A stretch of 32,000 bases of DNA from Verrucomicrobiota bacterium (GTDB lineage: Bacteria; Verrucomicrobiota; Verrucomicrobiia; Verrucomicrobiales; DEV007). Location of the stretch: positions 67,035 through 99,034 of the forward strand of contig JAGWVU010000003.1 in the NCBI GenBank assembly GCA_018970725.1, given 5' to 3'. Below the pieces are notes generated by a model. That model was given only the letters and a program-made list of their open reading frames with translations, searched no databases and was not told the DNA's origin. Position 1 is the stretch's first letter. Every line of letters starts with the position of its first letter. Positions 16,808-25,311 of the stretch are shown one piece after another. Both the position numbers and the translations under genes were made by a program.

Positions 16808-18094
16808 TCAGGGTTGGCGGAAGGTGAGGCAGCTGTTGGATCCGCCGAAGCCGAGGGAATTGGAAAGGGCCGCCCGGATCCGGAGTCGATGGGATGTGCC
16901 GGTCACCATGTTGAGCGATTCGTTCCCCGGGTCCGGCGTCTTGAAGTTGGCGCTCACCGGAGCGATGCCGTCGCGGATGGCCAGTGCGCAGACGGCCGCT
17001 TCCACCGCGCCGGCGGCCGCGATGAGGTGACCCATGCAGCCCTTGGTGGAGCTGACCGATACCTCCGGCAGGCGTTCACCCAGCACCACCTTGAGGGCGG
17101 CGCACTCGCTCTGGTCGTTCATCTGGGTCGAGGTCCCGTGGGCGTTGACGTAATCAATGTCTTCCGGTCCCAAGCCCGCGCTGGCCAAGGACTGACGGAT
17201 CGCCTGGATCGGACCGTCGCCGTCTGGCGGTGAATCGGTGATCCGGTAGCAACTCAGCGAATTCCCGTCCCCGGCCAGTTCCGCATAAATCTCCGCGCCG
17301 CGGGCGAGGGCATCCTCCCAGCGCTCCAATACGAGAAAGCCCGCGCCTTCACCGAGGACGAAACCGTTCCGGGTCACGTCGAAGGGGCGGCTGGCCCGCC
17401 AAGGTTCGTCGTTGTCGGTGGACAAGGCGCCGAGAAGGCAGAAGCTGGACAGTCCGATCGGGTTGAGCATCGAATCGAAGCCACCGACCAGCATTCGGTC
17501 GACGAGACCGCGTCGCATGACCTTCAGGGCGGTCCCGATCGCCTGCCCGCCGGAGGCGCAGGCCGTGTGAACGGCGGAACTGTAACCGCGAATGCCGAAG
17601 TGATGGGCGAGCAGGGCCAGCCCGGCATTGCATTGGGTGCGGCAGAAGTAAACGGGATCCACAGGGTATTCCGAAGCCGCCATTCTGGTGGCGTCGAAAG
17701 ATCCCTCCGGCGCACAATATTGACGGACCACGTCCAGTTCCTCAACGGAGATGCTCATCATGCCGGCCCCCACGGAGAGTCCCCAACGGTGGGCGGTGGC
17801 CGGATCGGGGCGGATCCCGGCGTCTGAGAGCGCTTCCCCGGCGGCGGCCAGGGCGAAACGGTGGCAACGGGACGCTTGTTTGAGCAGTTTCCGGGGGGCC
17901 ATCCCCTCAAAGTCGAACCCCTTCACCTCGGCACCGATGCGCGTCGTGAAACCACTGGCATCGAAGGTCGTGATCGGGCCGGGGCCGGGCCGTCCTTCGA
18001 GGAGCGAACTCCAGGTCGATTCCCGATCATTCCCCACCGGGGTCACCAAGCCAATTCCGGTGATCGCGATCCGCATCCTTGGATTGTTGCTCAT
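16808..18094 (-). CDS. Beta-ketoacyl-ACP synthase II-like (FabF-like KS)
   Basis: MRIAITGIGLVTPVGN; Cys in VHTACASGGQAIG; NAHGTSTQMND; STKGCMGHLIAAAG; SLGFGGSNSCLTF. The start overlaps the dehydratase stop by 4 nt. Confidence 0.9.
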   Translation of the reverse strand: MSNNPRMRIAITGIGLVTPVGNDRESTWSSLLEGRPGPGPITTFDASGFTTRIGAEVKGFDFEGMAPRKLLKQASRCHRFALAAAGEALSDAGIRPDPATAHRWGLSVGAGMMSISVEELDVVRQYCAPEGSFDATRMAASEYPVDPVYFCRTQCNAGLALLAHHFGIRGYSSAVHTACASGGQAIGTALKVMRRGLVDRMLVGGFDSMLNPIGLSSFCLLGALSTDNDEPWRASRPFDVTRNGFVLGEGAGFLVLERWEDALARGAEIYAELAGDGNSLSCYRITDSPPDGDGPIQAIRQSLASAGLGPEDIDYVNAHGTSTQMNDQSECAALKVVLGERLPEVSVSSTKGCMGHLIAAAGAVEAAVCALAIRDGIAPVSANFKTPDPGNESLNMVTGTSHRLRIRAALSNSLGFGGSNSCLTFRQP

Positions 18095-18927
18095 TTCCCT
18101 GTAATTGCGGCCAATTCCACCCGCGCCGCGCCTTGGAGGCGGCCTCCCGCCTTGGTCTGCACGGAAACCAGCAACGCGGCAGCGGAATGTTCGAGGACTT
18201 TCGCTTCCAAATCAAGCCCGCTCCCCGGCGGGATGAAGGCACGGAGTTTCATGTCGCACACCGCCCGGGCCGCCCATCGGCCTGTCTCCGGGGGGATCGA
18301 TCCGGCGAGGGCATCGACCAGTTTCAGGTTCATGTTCATCAACAAGGTGCCCGGAAAGACCGGGCGGCGCGGAAAATGATCTTCGAAGAAAGGCGCCTCG
18401 CCGGGAACCTGCAGTCTGGCCCGGGCGATGCCGCCGGTCTCCACCACGAGTTCCTCCAACGCGAATTCAGGGACGCCACGAAACGCTCCCGGTTCCGCAC
18501 CGGCTCCACACAGGACGGCAAGGCGCTCGCGCATCGCCGCCGGATCATCGAATTCCCCTGCGGGCATCATGGGGCCGACGCAATGGTGGAGGCGGAGAAC
18601 CGGGATCCCATCGACCGAGGCCAAACCACCATAAGCCACCGCCTCCGCATCCGCGGTTTCCAGTTCCGCGGAAAGCTCCAGCGTCTGTCCCGGGGCCGCA
18701 TCCCCGAGAAGTTCCACCCTTCCGGCGATCCCTGCGACGGGGCGATGGGAGAAGTCGATGGCGGCCATGGCGGACCAAGCCGCCAGCTGGCCCGTGGCCT
18801 CCGCCACCAGAGAGAGGGGAAACCGGGGAAGACCGGGCGGGATTTGCCAGGAACCGGCCACACGCACACCCGGTTCCAGAAGGGAGATGCGGTCGACGAA
18901 GGAGAAAGCGCGGTAACGATGATGCAT
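18091..18927 (-). CDS. Didomain (tandem hot-dog) FabA/FabZ-like 3-hydroxyacyl-ACP dehydratase
   Basis: The C-terminal half has the FabZ-like motif PFFEDHFPRRPVFPGTLL. The N-terminal half has FSFVDRI...PLSLVAEATGQLAAW (hot-dog helix motif without the His). The ATG shares 1 nt with the ACP stop. Confidence 0.7.
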   Translation of the reverse strand: MHHRYRAFSFVDRISLLEPGVRVAGSWQIPPGLPRFPLSLVAEATGQLAAWSAMAAIDFSHRPVAGIAGRVELLGDAAPGQTLELSAELETADAEAVAYGGLASVDGIPVLRLHHCVGPMMPAGEFDDPAAMRERLAVLCGAGAEPGAFRGVPEFALEELVVETGGIARARLQVPGEAPFFEDHFPRRPVFPGTLLMNMNLKLVDALAGSIPPETGRWAARAVCDMKLRAFIPPGSGLDLEAKVLEHSAAALLVSVQTKAGGRLQGAARVELAAITGK

Positions 18928-19352
18928 CAGGCGCCGCGGGCCGCGTGTTGTTCGCGGATGATCATCTTGGCGAAGGTTTCCACCGTGAACAGCTTGGGGA
19001 TCTCGGCCGAGCGGATCGGGGTTTTGAGGCGATCCGCTGGAACTTCACTGAGGAATTCACGGAGACGTTGCTCGCCCTCGGGAGTCACTACGCCGCCTTT
19101 CTCAAACTCGGCCTCGGCCAACGGGCCGCGGGCGTCCTCCACGATTTTGCCGCGCGGGATCTTGACCTTGAACTCGCGTTCCAAGCGGAAAACGATATCG
19201 AGGAAATCGATGGATTCGCCTCCCAGGTCGTTGATCAGAGAGGAGGTGGGTTGAACGTCGTCCGGTTCGCACCCAAGCGCGTCGGCGATGATTTCGGCGA
19301 CCTTTGGCAGGATCGCCTCGATTTCTTCCTTGGTGATGTTCTCGTTGCTCAT
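18927..19352 (-). CDS. Acyl carrier protein with ~55-aa C-terminal extension (141 aa)
   Basis: LINDLGGESIDFLDIVFRLEREF is the phosphopantetheine attachment context (DSxD-like with Ser), roughly aa 40-62. The extra C-terminal region has no motif I recognise. Confidence 0.8.
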   Translation of the reverse strand: MSNENITKEEIEAILPKVAEIIADALGCEPDDVQPTSSLINDLGGESIDFLDIVFRLEREFKVKIPRGKIVEDARGPLAEAEFEKGGVVTPEGEQRLREFLSEVPADRLKTPIRSAEIPKLFTVETFAKMIIREQHAARGA

Positions 19353-19370
19353 ATCAATCAGAATCAGTCT

Positions 19371-20135
19371 TCAGTCCATTTTGAAGCCCCCGTCCACCGG
19401 GAGGATCTGGCCGGTGATGTAGTCGGCGTATCGGGAAGCCAGAAACCAGACGGCATGGGCGATCTGCTCCGGCTTGCCATAGCGCTTCAGCAGGATGCGC
19501 GCCTTGATCTGGTCCCCCGCGAGGTCCCGGACGGTCTGGGACATCTCGGTCTCGATCACGCCCGGGGCCACCGCGTTGACGCGCACGTTGCGGGCCGCCA
19601 CTTCACAGGCGAGGGACCGGGTGAACGCGTCGATCGCGCCCTTGCTGGCGGCGTAGTTGGTTTGGCCGCGCCCTCCCTTCGCACCGGAGACGGAGCTGAG
19701 ATTGATGATGCTGCCCCGGCGTTTGGACATCATGAAAGGAACCACCGCTCGGCACATGTTGAACGTGCCCTCCACGTTGGTCCGCAGAACCTCGCGGATT
19801 TCCTCATCGCTCAAGGCGACGAGCAGGTTGTCCCGGACGACTCCGGCGTTGTTGACGAGGACATCGACCCTCCCGGTCCGGTCGGCGATCGATTCCACAA
19901 AGGTCTGGCAGGCTGCCGGATCCCGGACATCGACCTGACAGGCCGTGATCCTGCCCTCCGGTCCGGATGCGGAGACCTCCCGGGCCGCGGCGGCGTTCTC
20001 CCGCCAGGTGAAGGCGACCTCCATTCCGGCGGCCGCCAAAGTTTCCACGATGGCACGACCGATGCCCCGGCTGCCGCCGGTGACGATGGCCACTCCGCCG
20101 GCCAAGCCTGAATCCGAGAGACTGGGGGCGTTCAT
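19371..20135 (-). CDS. 3-oxoacyl-ACP reductase-like classical SDR (FabG-like KR)
   Basis: VAIVTGGSRGIGRAI, NNAG, and the catalytic S...YxxxK (NLSSVSG...YAASKGA). Start taken at MNAPSL (ATG 20135), 1 nt after the upstream stop. The alternative ATG 20162 would overlap by 26 nt. Confidence 0.85.
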   Translation of the reverse strand: MNAPSLSDSGLAGGVAIVTGGSRGIGRAIVETLAAAGMEVAFTWRENAAAAREVSASGPEGRITACQVDVRDPAACQTFVESIADRTGRVDVLVNNAGVVRDNLLVALSDEEIREVLRTNVEGTFNMCRAVVPFMMSKRRGSIINLSSVSGAKGGRGQTNYAASKGAIDAFTRSLACEVAARNVRVNAVAPGVIETEMSQTVRDLAGDQIKARILLKRYGKPEQIAHAVWFLASRYADYITGQILPVDGGFKMD

Positions 20136-20136
20136 T

Positions 20137-20892
20137 TTATCCTGAAATGCAGTAACCTCCATCGACGACGAGGGTATGTCCGGTGATCAGTGCGGCCTCC
20201 GGCAGGCACAAGAGATAGAGGGCGTCGGCCACGTGTTCCGGCGTCAGCGGCGTCGGGATCGGCGTGCGCTGGGCGGACTCCGCGAGCAGGTTCTCCCGGT
20301 TCGGGAAATGTTTCAGGGCGTCGGTATCGACCACGCCAGCGCTCACGATGTTCACCCGGATGCCCCGGGGGCCGAGTTCCTGGGCCAAAGCGCGGGCCAG
20401 TGATTCCAACGCCGCCTTCGAGGCGCCGATGAAGGAATAATGAGGGATGGCGCGGACCGAGCCCATGCTGGAGAGTCCGATGAAGACGCCACCCTGAGGC
20501 ATGATCGGGACGGCCTGTTGGGCGAGGGTATTCAACGCGAGGGCGTTCGTTTCCATGCAGCGACGCCAGTGCTTCAGCGTCATCTCGAGGGCCGGGCGGA
20601 GCACTCCGATGGCCGCGTTGCTGACCACGATGTCCACTTGGTCGAACTGCTTGCGGAATTCGCCGAAAGCCTCGGCGAGGCTCGAGGGATCGCTCACATC
20701 CGCCTGCAACGCGATCGCGCGGCGTCCCAGGTCGCGGATTGCCTGACACACCTCCTCCGCCTCCTGATGACTGTTGAAGTAGACGATGGCCACGTCACAA
20801 CCCGCCCGGGCCAGCTTGAGGGCGCTGGCCCGTCCGATGCCGCGAGCACCGCCGGTGATGAAAGCTGTCTTGCCTGCAAGCGTTTCGCTCAT
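20137..20892 (-). CDS. Enoyl-ACP reductase-like SDR (FabL-like)
   Basis: Extended by-eye similarity to Bacillus FabL: NAAIGVLRPALEMTLKHW...NALAL...LSSMGSVRAIPHYSFIGASKAALESLARALAQEL...VNIVSAGVVDTDALKHFPNRENLL. Confidence 0.75.
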   Translation of the reverse strand: MSETLAGKTAFITGGARGIGRASALKLARAGCDVAIVYFNSHQEAEEVCQAIRDLGRRAIALQADVSDPSSLAEAFGEFRKQFDQVDIVVSNAAIGVLRPALEMTLKHWRRCMETNALALNTLAQQAVPIMPQGGVFIGLSSMGSVRAIPHYSFIGASKAALESLARALAQELGPRGIRVNIVSAGVVDTDALKHFPNRENLLAESAQRTPIPTPLTPEHVADALYLLCLPEAALITGHTLVVDGGYCISG

Positions 20893-21010
20893 TGCCTGAA
20901 AAAGGAAATCAGATAGGAGCCTTGATCAGGGAGTTCGTCAAGGGATGGCCGGAATCAGGAACCGATTCTGCGCTTGATCGCGGTCCGATCCTCCGGCAGA
21001 AAGTGACCTC

Positions 21011-22261
21011 ATGGACACCCGGAACAGCCGACGGCACTTTCTCTCCCTCGCGACCACCGCTTTGGGCGGAGGCATCCTCAGGGCCGGGGAGGGGGCCTCG
21101 TTTCCTCCCCGGCGCGCGATCACCCGGGGACCATCCCACCACTGGTTCGGGTATTACGACAAGCTGCAGTTCGATCCTTCCGACCGTTTTGTTCTCGGCA
21201 TGCGGGTCGGATTCGAGCATCGCTCACCGCTTCCGGACGACACCATCGAGGTCGGAATGGTCGACCTCGAGGAGGGCGACCGCTGGGTTCCCCTGGGGTC
21301 GACCAAGGCGTGGAACTGGCAGCAGGGCTGCATGTTGCAGTGGATTCCCGGGACCCGATCCAAGGTGATTTGGAATGATCGGGAGAAGGATCGCTTCGTC
21401 TGCCATCTGCTCGACGTGCAAACCGGCGAGAAACAGACCCTGCCTCACCCCGTTTATGCGTTGAGCCCGGACGGGAGGGAAGCGGTCACCTGTGATTTCT
21501 CACGGGTCGCCGACTGCCGCCCCGGGTATGGTTACGCCGGAATCCCGGACCGGTTTTCGCATGTCATGGCCCCGGCGGAGACCGGCATCAGCCGGGTCAA
21601 CCTTGAGACCGGCGCGGCCAGGTTGATCCTCTCCCACCGCAAACTGGCGGAAACCGGGGTGGTTCCTGAGAATCATCCGACCTCGAAGCACCACGCCTAC
21701 CACCTGTTGGTGGGGCCGGACGGCAGGCGCTTCATCCTTCTGCACCGTTGGACCCAGCCCAATGGCGGGCATCTCACCCGGCTCATCACGGCCAATCTGG
21801 ATGGATCCGATCTGCGCATCGTAATCCCGAATGGCTACGCCTCCCACTTCATCTGGCGGGACGCCAGCCATATCCTCTCCCAAGCCAGGGGATGGCTCGG
21901 TCATCAGAACTGGGGAAACTTTCTTTTCGAGGATAAGGATTCCGGGGTCATCGCCGAAATCGGACGCGGCGTGCTCGATTCGGGCGGCCATTTCACCTAC
22001 CTCCACCAAAACGAGTGGATCTTGAACGATACTTACCCACAGGGCGTCCGCCGATTGGCGACGCCGCATCTCTACCACATCGCCGGGAACCGGAGGATCG
22101 ATCTGGCGCAGTTTCCCCAACCGGCCGAATATACCGGCGAGTGGCGGGTCGATTGCCACCCGCGTCTCAGCCGGAAGGAACGCTGGGTCTGCGTCGATGC
22201 GCCCCACCAAGGCACGGGGCGTCAGCTGCACCTGATCGATCTCGAAGGGATCTTCGGGTGA
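21011..22261 (+). CDS. Tat-signal beta-propeller protein (TolB/PD40-like repeats), function unknown
   Basis: MDTRNSRRHFLSLATTALGGG is a twin-arginine motif. Repeated SPDG/GPDG blade signatures. C-terminal RVDCHPRLSRKERWVCVDAPHQGTGRQLHLIDL resembles terminal TolB-like blades. Confidence 0.55.
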   Translation: MDTRNSRRHFLSLATTALGGGILRAGEGASFPPRRAITRGPSHHWFGYYDKLQFDPSDRFVLGMRVGFEHRSPLPDDTIEVGMVDLEEGDRWVPLGSTKAWNWQQGCMLQWIPGTRSKVIWNDREKDRFVCHLLDVQTGEKQTLPHPVYALSPDGREAVTCDFSRVADCRPGYGYAGIPDRFSHVMAPAETGISRVNLETGAARLILSHRKLAETGVVPENHPTSKHHAYHLLVGPDGRRFILLHRWTQPNGGHLTRLITANLDGSDLRIVIPNGYASHFIWRDASHILSQARGWLGHQNWGNFLFEDKDSGVIAEIGRGVLDSGGHFTYLHQNEWILNDTYPQGVRRLATPHLYHIAGNRRIDLAQFPQPAEYTGEWRVDCHPRLSRKERWVCVDAPHQGTGRQLHLIDLEGIFG

Positions 22262-22263
22262 AT

Positions 22264-23592
22264 TCAGCTCGCGTCCGAGACTGATGAAAGGTGGAAGGCG
22301 TCGACCACCAGCGGCGGCACGTGGGCGGGCCCGTCGCTCTCGCTCCCGAGCACCCGCTCGGGAATGCCGGACGCGAGGATCTGCCGGAGGACATTGGCGG
22401 GGGACTCGTTGAACCGGAAATTTTTCACCGGTCCGGCGAGTTCGCCGTTGCGGATGGCAAAGGTTCCGTCACGGGTCAGGCCGGTGTAGAGGAGGGATTC
22501 CGGCCGGACCATGCGGAGATACCAGAGCCGGGTGATGAGCACGCCGTCCTTGACCTGGGCGATGAGTTTCTCCATGGATTGGCCTTCCCCGGGGATGAAG
22601 AAGTTGCCTGGCATGGGCTTGGACTCCAGACCCTTGGCCTTGGCCCAGTAGCGGCCGGTGACGAGGTTGCGGAGGATCCCGTTTTCGATCCACGCCGTCG
22701 GCCCGAGAGGCTCCCCGCCAGCATGGGTGAGACAGGGGGCCGGGCGGAAAAGCGGATCCGAGCGCAGGTTGGCGGTTCCGAAGAGTTGTTGGCCGATGGG
22801 ATCCCTCCCGTCCTTGGCGAGCGCATTGAGAAAGCTGCGGCCCTCGTCGAAATCCCGTCGCTCCAGGCTCCACAACAACAGGGAAACAAGATCCCTCACC
22901 GCGGCAGGCTCGAGGAGAACCATGACCCGTCCCGGCGGATGCTCGGCGGGATGGCGCGACGCCAACGCCTTGCGGATCGCGCGCTCTCCGACGGGGCCGA
23001 GGTCGAGATCGGAGGAGTCGGTGACCTGGGTGCTGGCCCAGCCGGAGCCGCCGTCCCGGGTGCGGGCGGTCATGGAGAAACCGACGGACGTTTGCCGCTG
23101 GGCCACGAAGAGCCCCTTGCTGTTGGCCAAGGCGTGGGAAGCCACGGTCTTCTGGAGGTAACCGGCGCTCTCGAGGCCGGCGGCCCGGGCCGCCTCGATC
23201 ACGGGGCGGACCCAACGCAGGGCGTCGTCAGGTCCCGAGACCGCGGTCTTTTCCGAGAAGGCGAGCGGTTCGGCGAAGGTGGCGGGGGCGACCGGAGGCA
23301 TGTGCTCGGGATTTTCCGGGGCCAGTCTGGCCATGGCCTGCACCTTGGAAACCGCCTCGCGCAGGCTTTCCGGATCCGTCTCTTGGAACGAAATCGAGGC
23401 GGAACGGCGGCCGTAACTCACGCTCAGACCGATCTGACGCCGGGAGGTCAGGGAGTTCGACGTGATGTCGTTGTTCGCGTGCCGGAGATGAAGATCGGTG
23501 CTGTCGTCGATCGACACCACGGCTTCATCGGCCTCGACGAGATCGAGGATCCGGGCGGAGAGGGATTGGAGGTCGGCGTGGTTCAAGTCCAT
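22264..23592 (-). CDS. PmbA/TldE-family metallopeptidase subunit (no signal peptide)
   Basis: Length and overall pattern fit the PmbA_TldD fold (..VSIDDSTDLHLRHANNDIT.., ..GVLITRLWYLRMV.., C-terminal ..PPLVVDAFHLSS). It sits 6 nt downstream of the TldD-like gene. Start at MDLNHADL (ATG 23592). Confidence 0.8.
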   Translation of the reverse strand: MDLNHADLQSLSARILDLVEADEAVVSIDDSTDLHLRHANNDITSNSLTSRRQIGLSVSYGRRSASISFQETDPESLREAVSKVQAMARLAPENPEHMPPVAPATFAEPLAFSEKTAVSGPDDALRWVRPVIEAARAAGLESAGYLQKTVASHALANSKGLFVAQRQTSVGFSMTARTRDGGSGWASTQVTDSSDLDLGPVGERAIRKALASRHPAEHPPGRVMVLLEPAAVRDLVSLLLWSLERRDFDEGRSFLNALAKDGRDPIGQQLFGTANLRSDPLFRPAPCLTHAGGEPLGPTAWIENGILRNLVTGRYWAKAKGLESKPMPGNFFIPGEGQSMEKLIAQVKDGVLITRLWYLRMVRPESLLYTGLTRDGTFAIRNGELAGPVKNFRFNESPANVLRQILASGIPERVLGSESDGPAHVPPLVVDAFHLSSVSDAS

Positions 23593-25220
23593 GCGGTGCG
23601 GGTTCCTCCACAGCCACATTCGCGGGGGTGGGACGGGTGAAAAGCCGTCTTCGCTCCGGATTCGTTGGCCGTGTTCAGGATGTTGATGTTGCGGAAACGG
23701 GCCGGGACCGCCCCGTGACTGACGGCGGCGATCTGCCCGGGCTGCCCCTTGCCGCAGTTGAAGGCACCGCCCAGTTCATAACTCGGCTCGCCGCCGATCC
23801 CGTCACAGGCGTTCCAGAAATCGACCGAATTCCCTTGGTAGGCCACATCGCGCAGCATCCCGTCCAGTTTCCCGTGGCGGATGCGGTGGAAGATCTGGCC
23901 GGTGAACTGGAAGTTGTAACGCTGCTGATCGATGCTCCAGCTTCCGTTGCCTTCAATGTAAATGCCGTCCTCGACCCCCGAGATGAGGGAGGCGGCGTTC
24001 GCGGCAGGGTCCGGTCCGGGTTGGAGGGAGATGTTCGGCATCCGCTGGATGGGGAACGAGGCGAAGCCGTCGGCGTAGGCGCAGCCGTTGGAGGCCTCGC
24101 GTCCGATCAGCGCGGCCTGTCCCAGCGCCATCTGGAAATTGCGGAAAACGCCTTCCTGGATGATGGGGAACTCCTTGCCCCCGGTGGCGGTGCCGTCGTC
24201 ATCCCAGGCCACCGTGGCCAAACCACCGGGAGCGGTGCGGTCTCCGACGATGGTGACCCATTGGCTGCCGTAGCGGAGTTTGTCGAGCTTGTCTGGCGTG
24301 CAGAAGGAGGTTCCCGCGAAGTTCGCCTCGTAACCGAGCGCACGATCGAGTTCCGTAGGATGTCCCACGGTTTCATGGATCGTGAGCCACAGATTGCTGG
24401 GGGCGATCACGAGATCCAGTTTCCCTGATTTGACGGAAGGGGCCGCCATTTTTTCGCGCGCCTGCTCCACGGCGAGGGCGGACTCCGTGGCCCCATCCCA
24501 GCGCCGCACGTGCTCGTACCCGGCCGCCCGGGGCGGGAGGAGGCTCTGCCGGGTGGAGAAGTCGCCCTTCTTCGCGTCGAGCACGGTGACGTCGAAGGCG
24601 GGCTGAAGCCGCACCCGCGATTGTTGGACCCGGGTGCCGAAGGAAGTGGCAAGCCACTTGCGTTCACGGACCTGCAACAAATGGGCGTGGCAGAAGTTCG
24701 CGCCCTTGTCCAGGGCGGCGCGGGTGATGCGCAAGAGGTCGCCCGTTTTCTCTTCCAGCGACACGGTGAAGGGATCGATTTCGAGGGGCATCTCCCAAGA
24801 ACCGGTGTGCGGGGGGAGGGACTCGATCTCGATGCGGCGCAGGCGCCAGCCGGCTTGCGCTCGCGCCAGCGCCACGGCTTGCTCCGTGAGGCGGATGACC
24901 TCCGCTCCGGTCACGTCGGCACTGGCCGCGAAACCCCAACACCCGTCCACGAGAACCCGGACCGAGAGACCAGCCGTGGAAGAAGCATCGATCCCCTGCA
25001 CCATGGATTCGCGGACGAAGATCGATTCTTCATCGGTCTGCATCAGGTGAACCGCAGCGAAGGAAGCGCCGCGAACCTTGGCGTGCTCGAGCGCGGCATC
25101 GGCCAGGGTGGGGAAGAGGCGGGAAAGCCGCGCCGCCCGTTCCTCGGCGATGGCCCATCGGCTGGTGAGGAGGGCGAGACCGGCGGCACTGGTGCCGCGG
25201 AGCCAATCGCGTCGATTCAT
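23583..25220 (-). CDS. TldD-family metalloprotease with twin-arginine leader
   Basis: MNRRDWLRGTSAAGLALLTSRWAIA looks like a Tat leader. Metal-binding motif IHETVGHPTELDR (HExxxH). C-terminal ..GGAFNCGKGQPGQ.. is typical of TldD. Confidence 0.85.
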   Translation of the reverse strand: MNRRDWLRGTSAAGLALLTSRWAIAEERAARLSRLFPTLADAALEHAKVRGASFAAVHLMQTDEESIFVRESMVQGIDASSTAGLSVRVLVDGCWGFAASADVTGAEVIRLTEQAVALARAQAGWRLRRIEIESLPPHTGSWEMPLEIDPFTVSLEEKTGDLLRITRAALDKGANFCHAHLLQVRERKWLATSFGTRVQQSRVRLQPAFDVTVLDAKKGDFSTRQSLLPPRAAGYEHVRRWDGATESALAVEQAREKMAAPSVKSGKLDLVIAPSNLWLTIHETVGHPTELDRALGYEANFAGTSFCTPDKLDKLRYGSQWVTIVGDRTAPGGLATVAWDDDGTATGGKEFPIIQEGVFRNFQMALGQAALIGREASNGCAYADGFASFPIQRMPNISLQPGPDPAANAASLISGVEDGIYIEGNGSWSIDQQRYNFQFTGQIFHRIRHGKLDGMLRDVAYQGNSVDFWNACDGIGGEPSYELGGAFNCGKGQPGQIAAVSHGAVPARFRNINILNTANESGAKTAFHPSHPRECGCGGTRTAWT

Positions 25221-25311
25221 GAGGAGAGCGTAGGGGAGGGAACGGGGAATGTCGAATCCGGAGTGAGCGCGGGCCTTGCGGATCGCGCGAATCGCTCCCA
25301 ACTTGCTGCAG

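Noticed and set aside
25276-25300. CG-rich palindrome TCGCGCGA within GCGGATCGCGCGAATCGC, in the TldD/PdeM divergent region.
   Set aside because: An 8-bp CpG palindrome is expected by chance in this composition, and it may lie inside the PdeM coding region if ATG 25276 is used.
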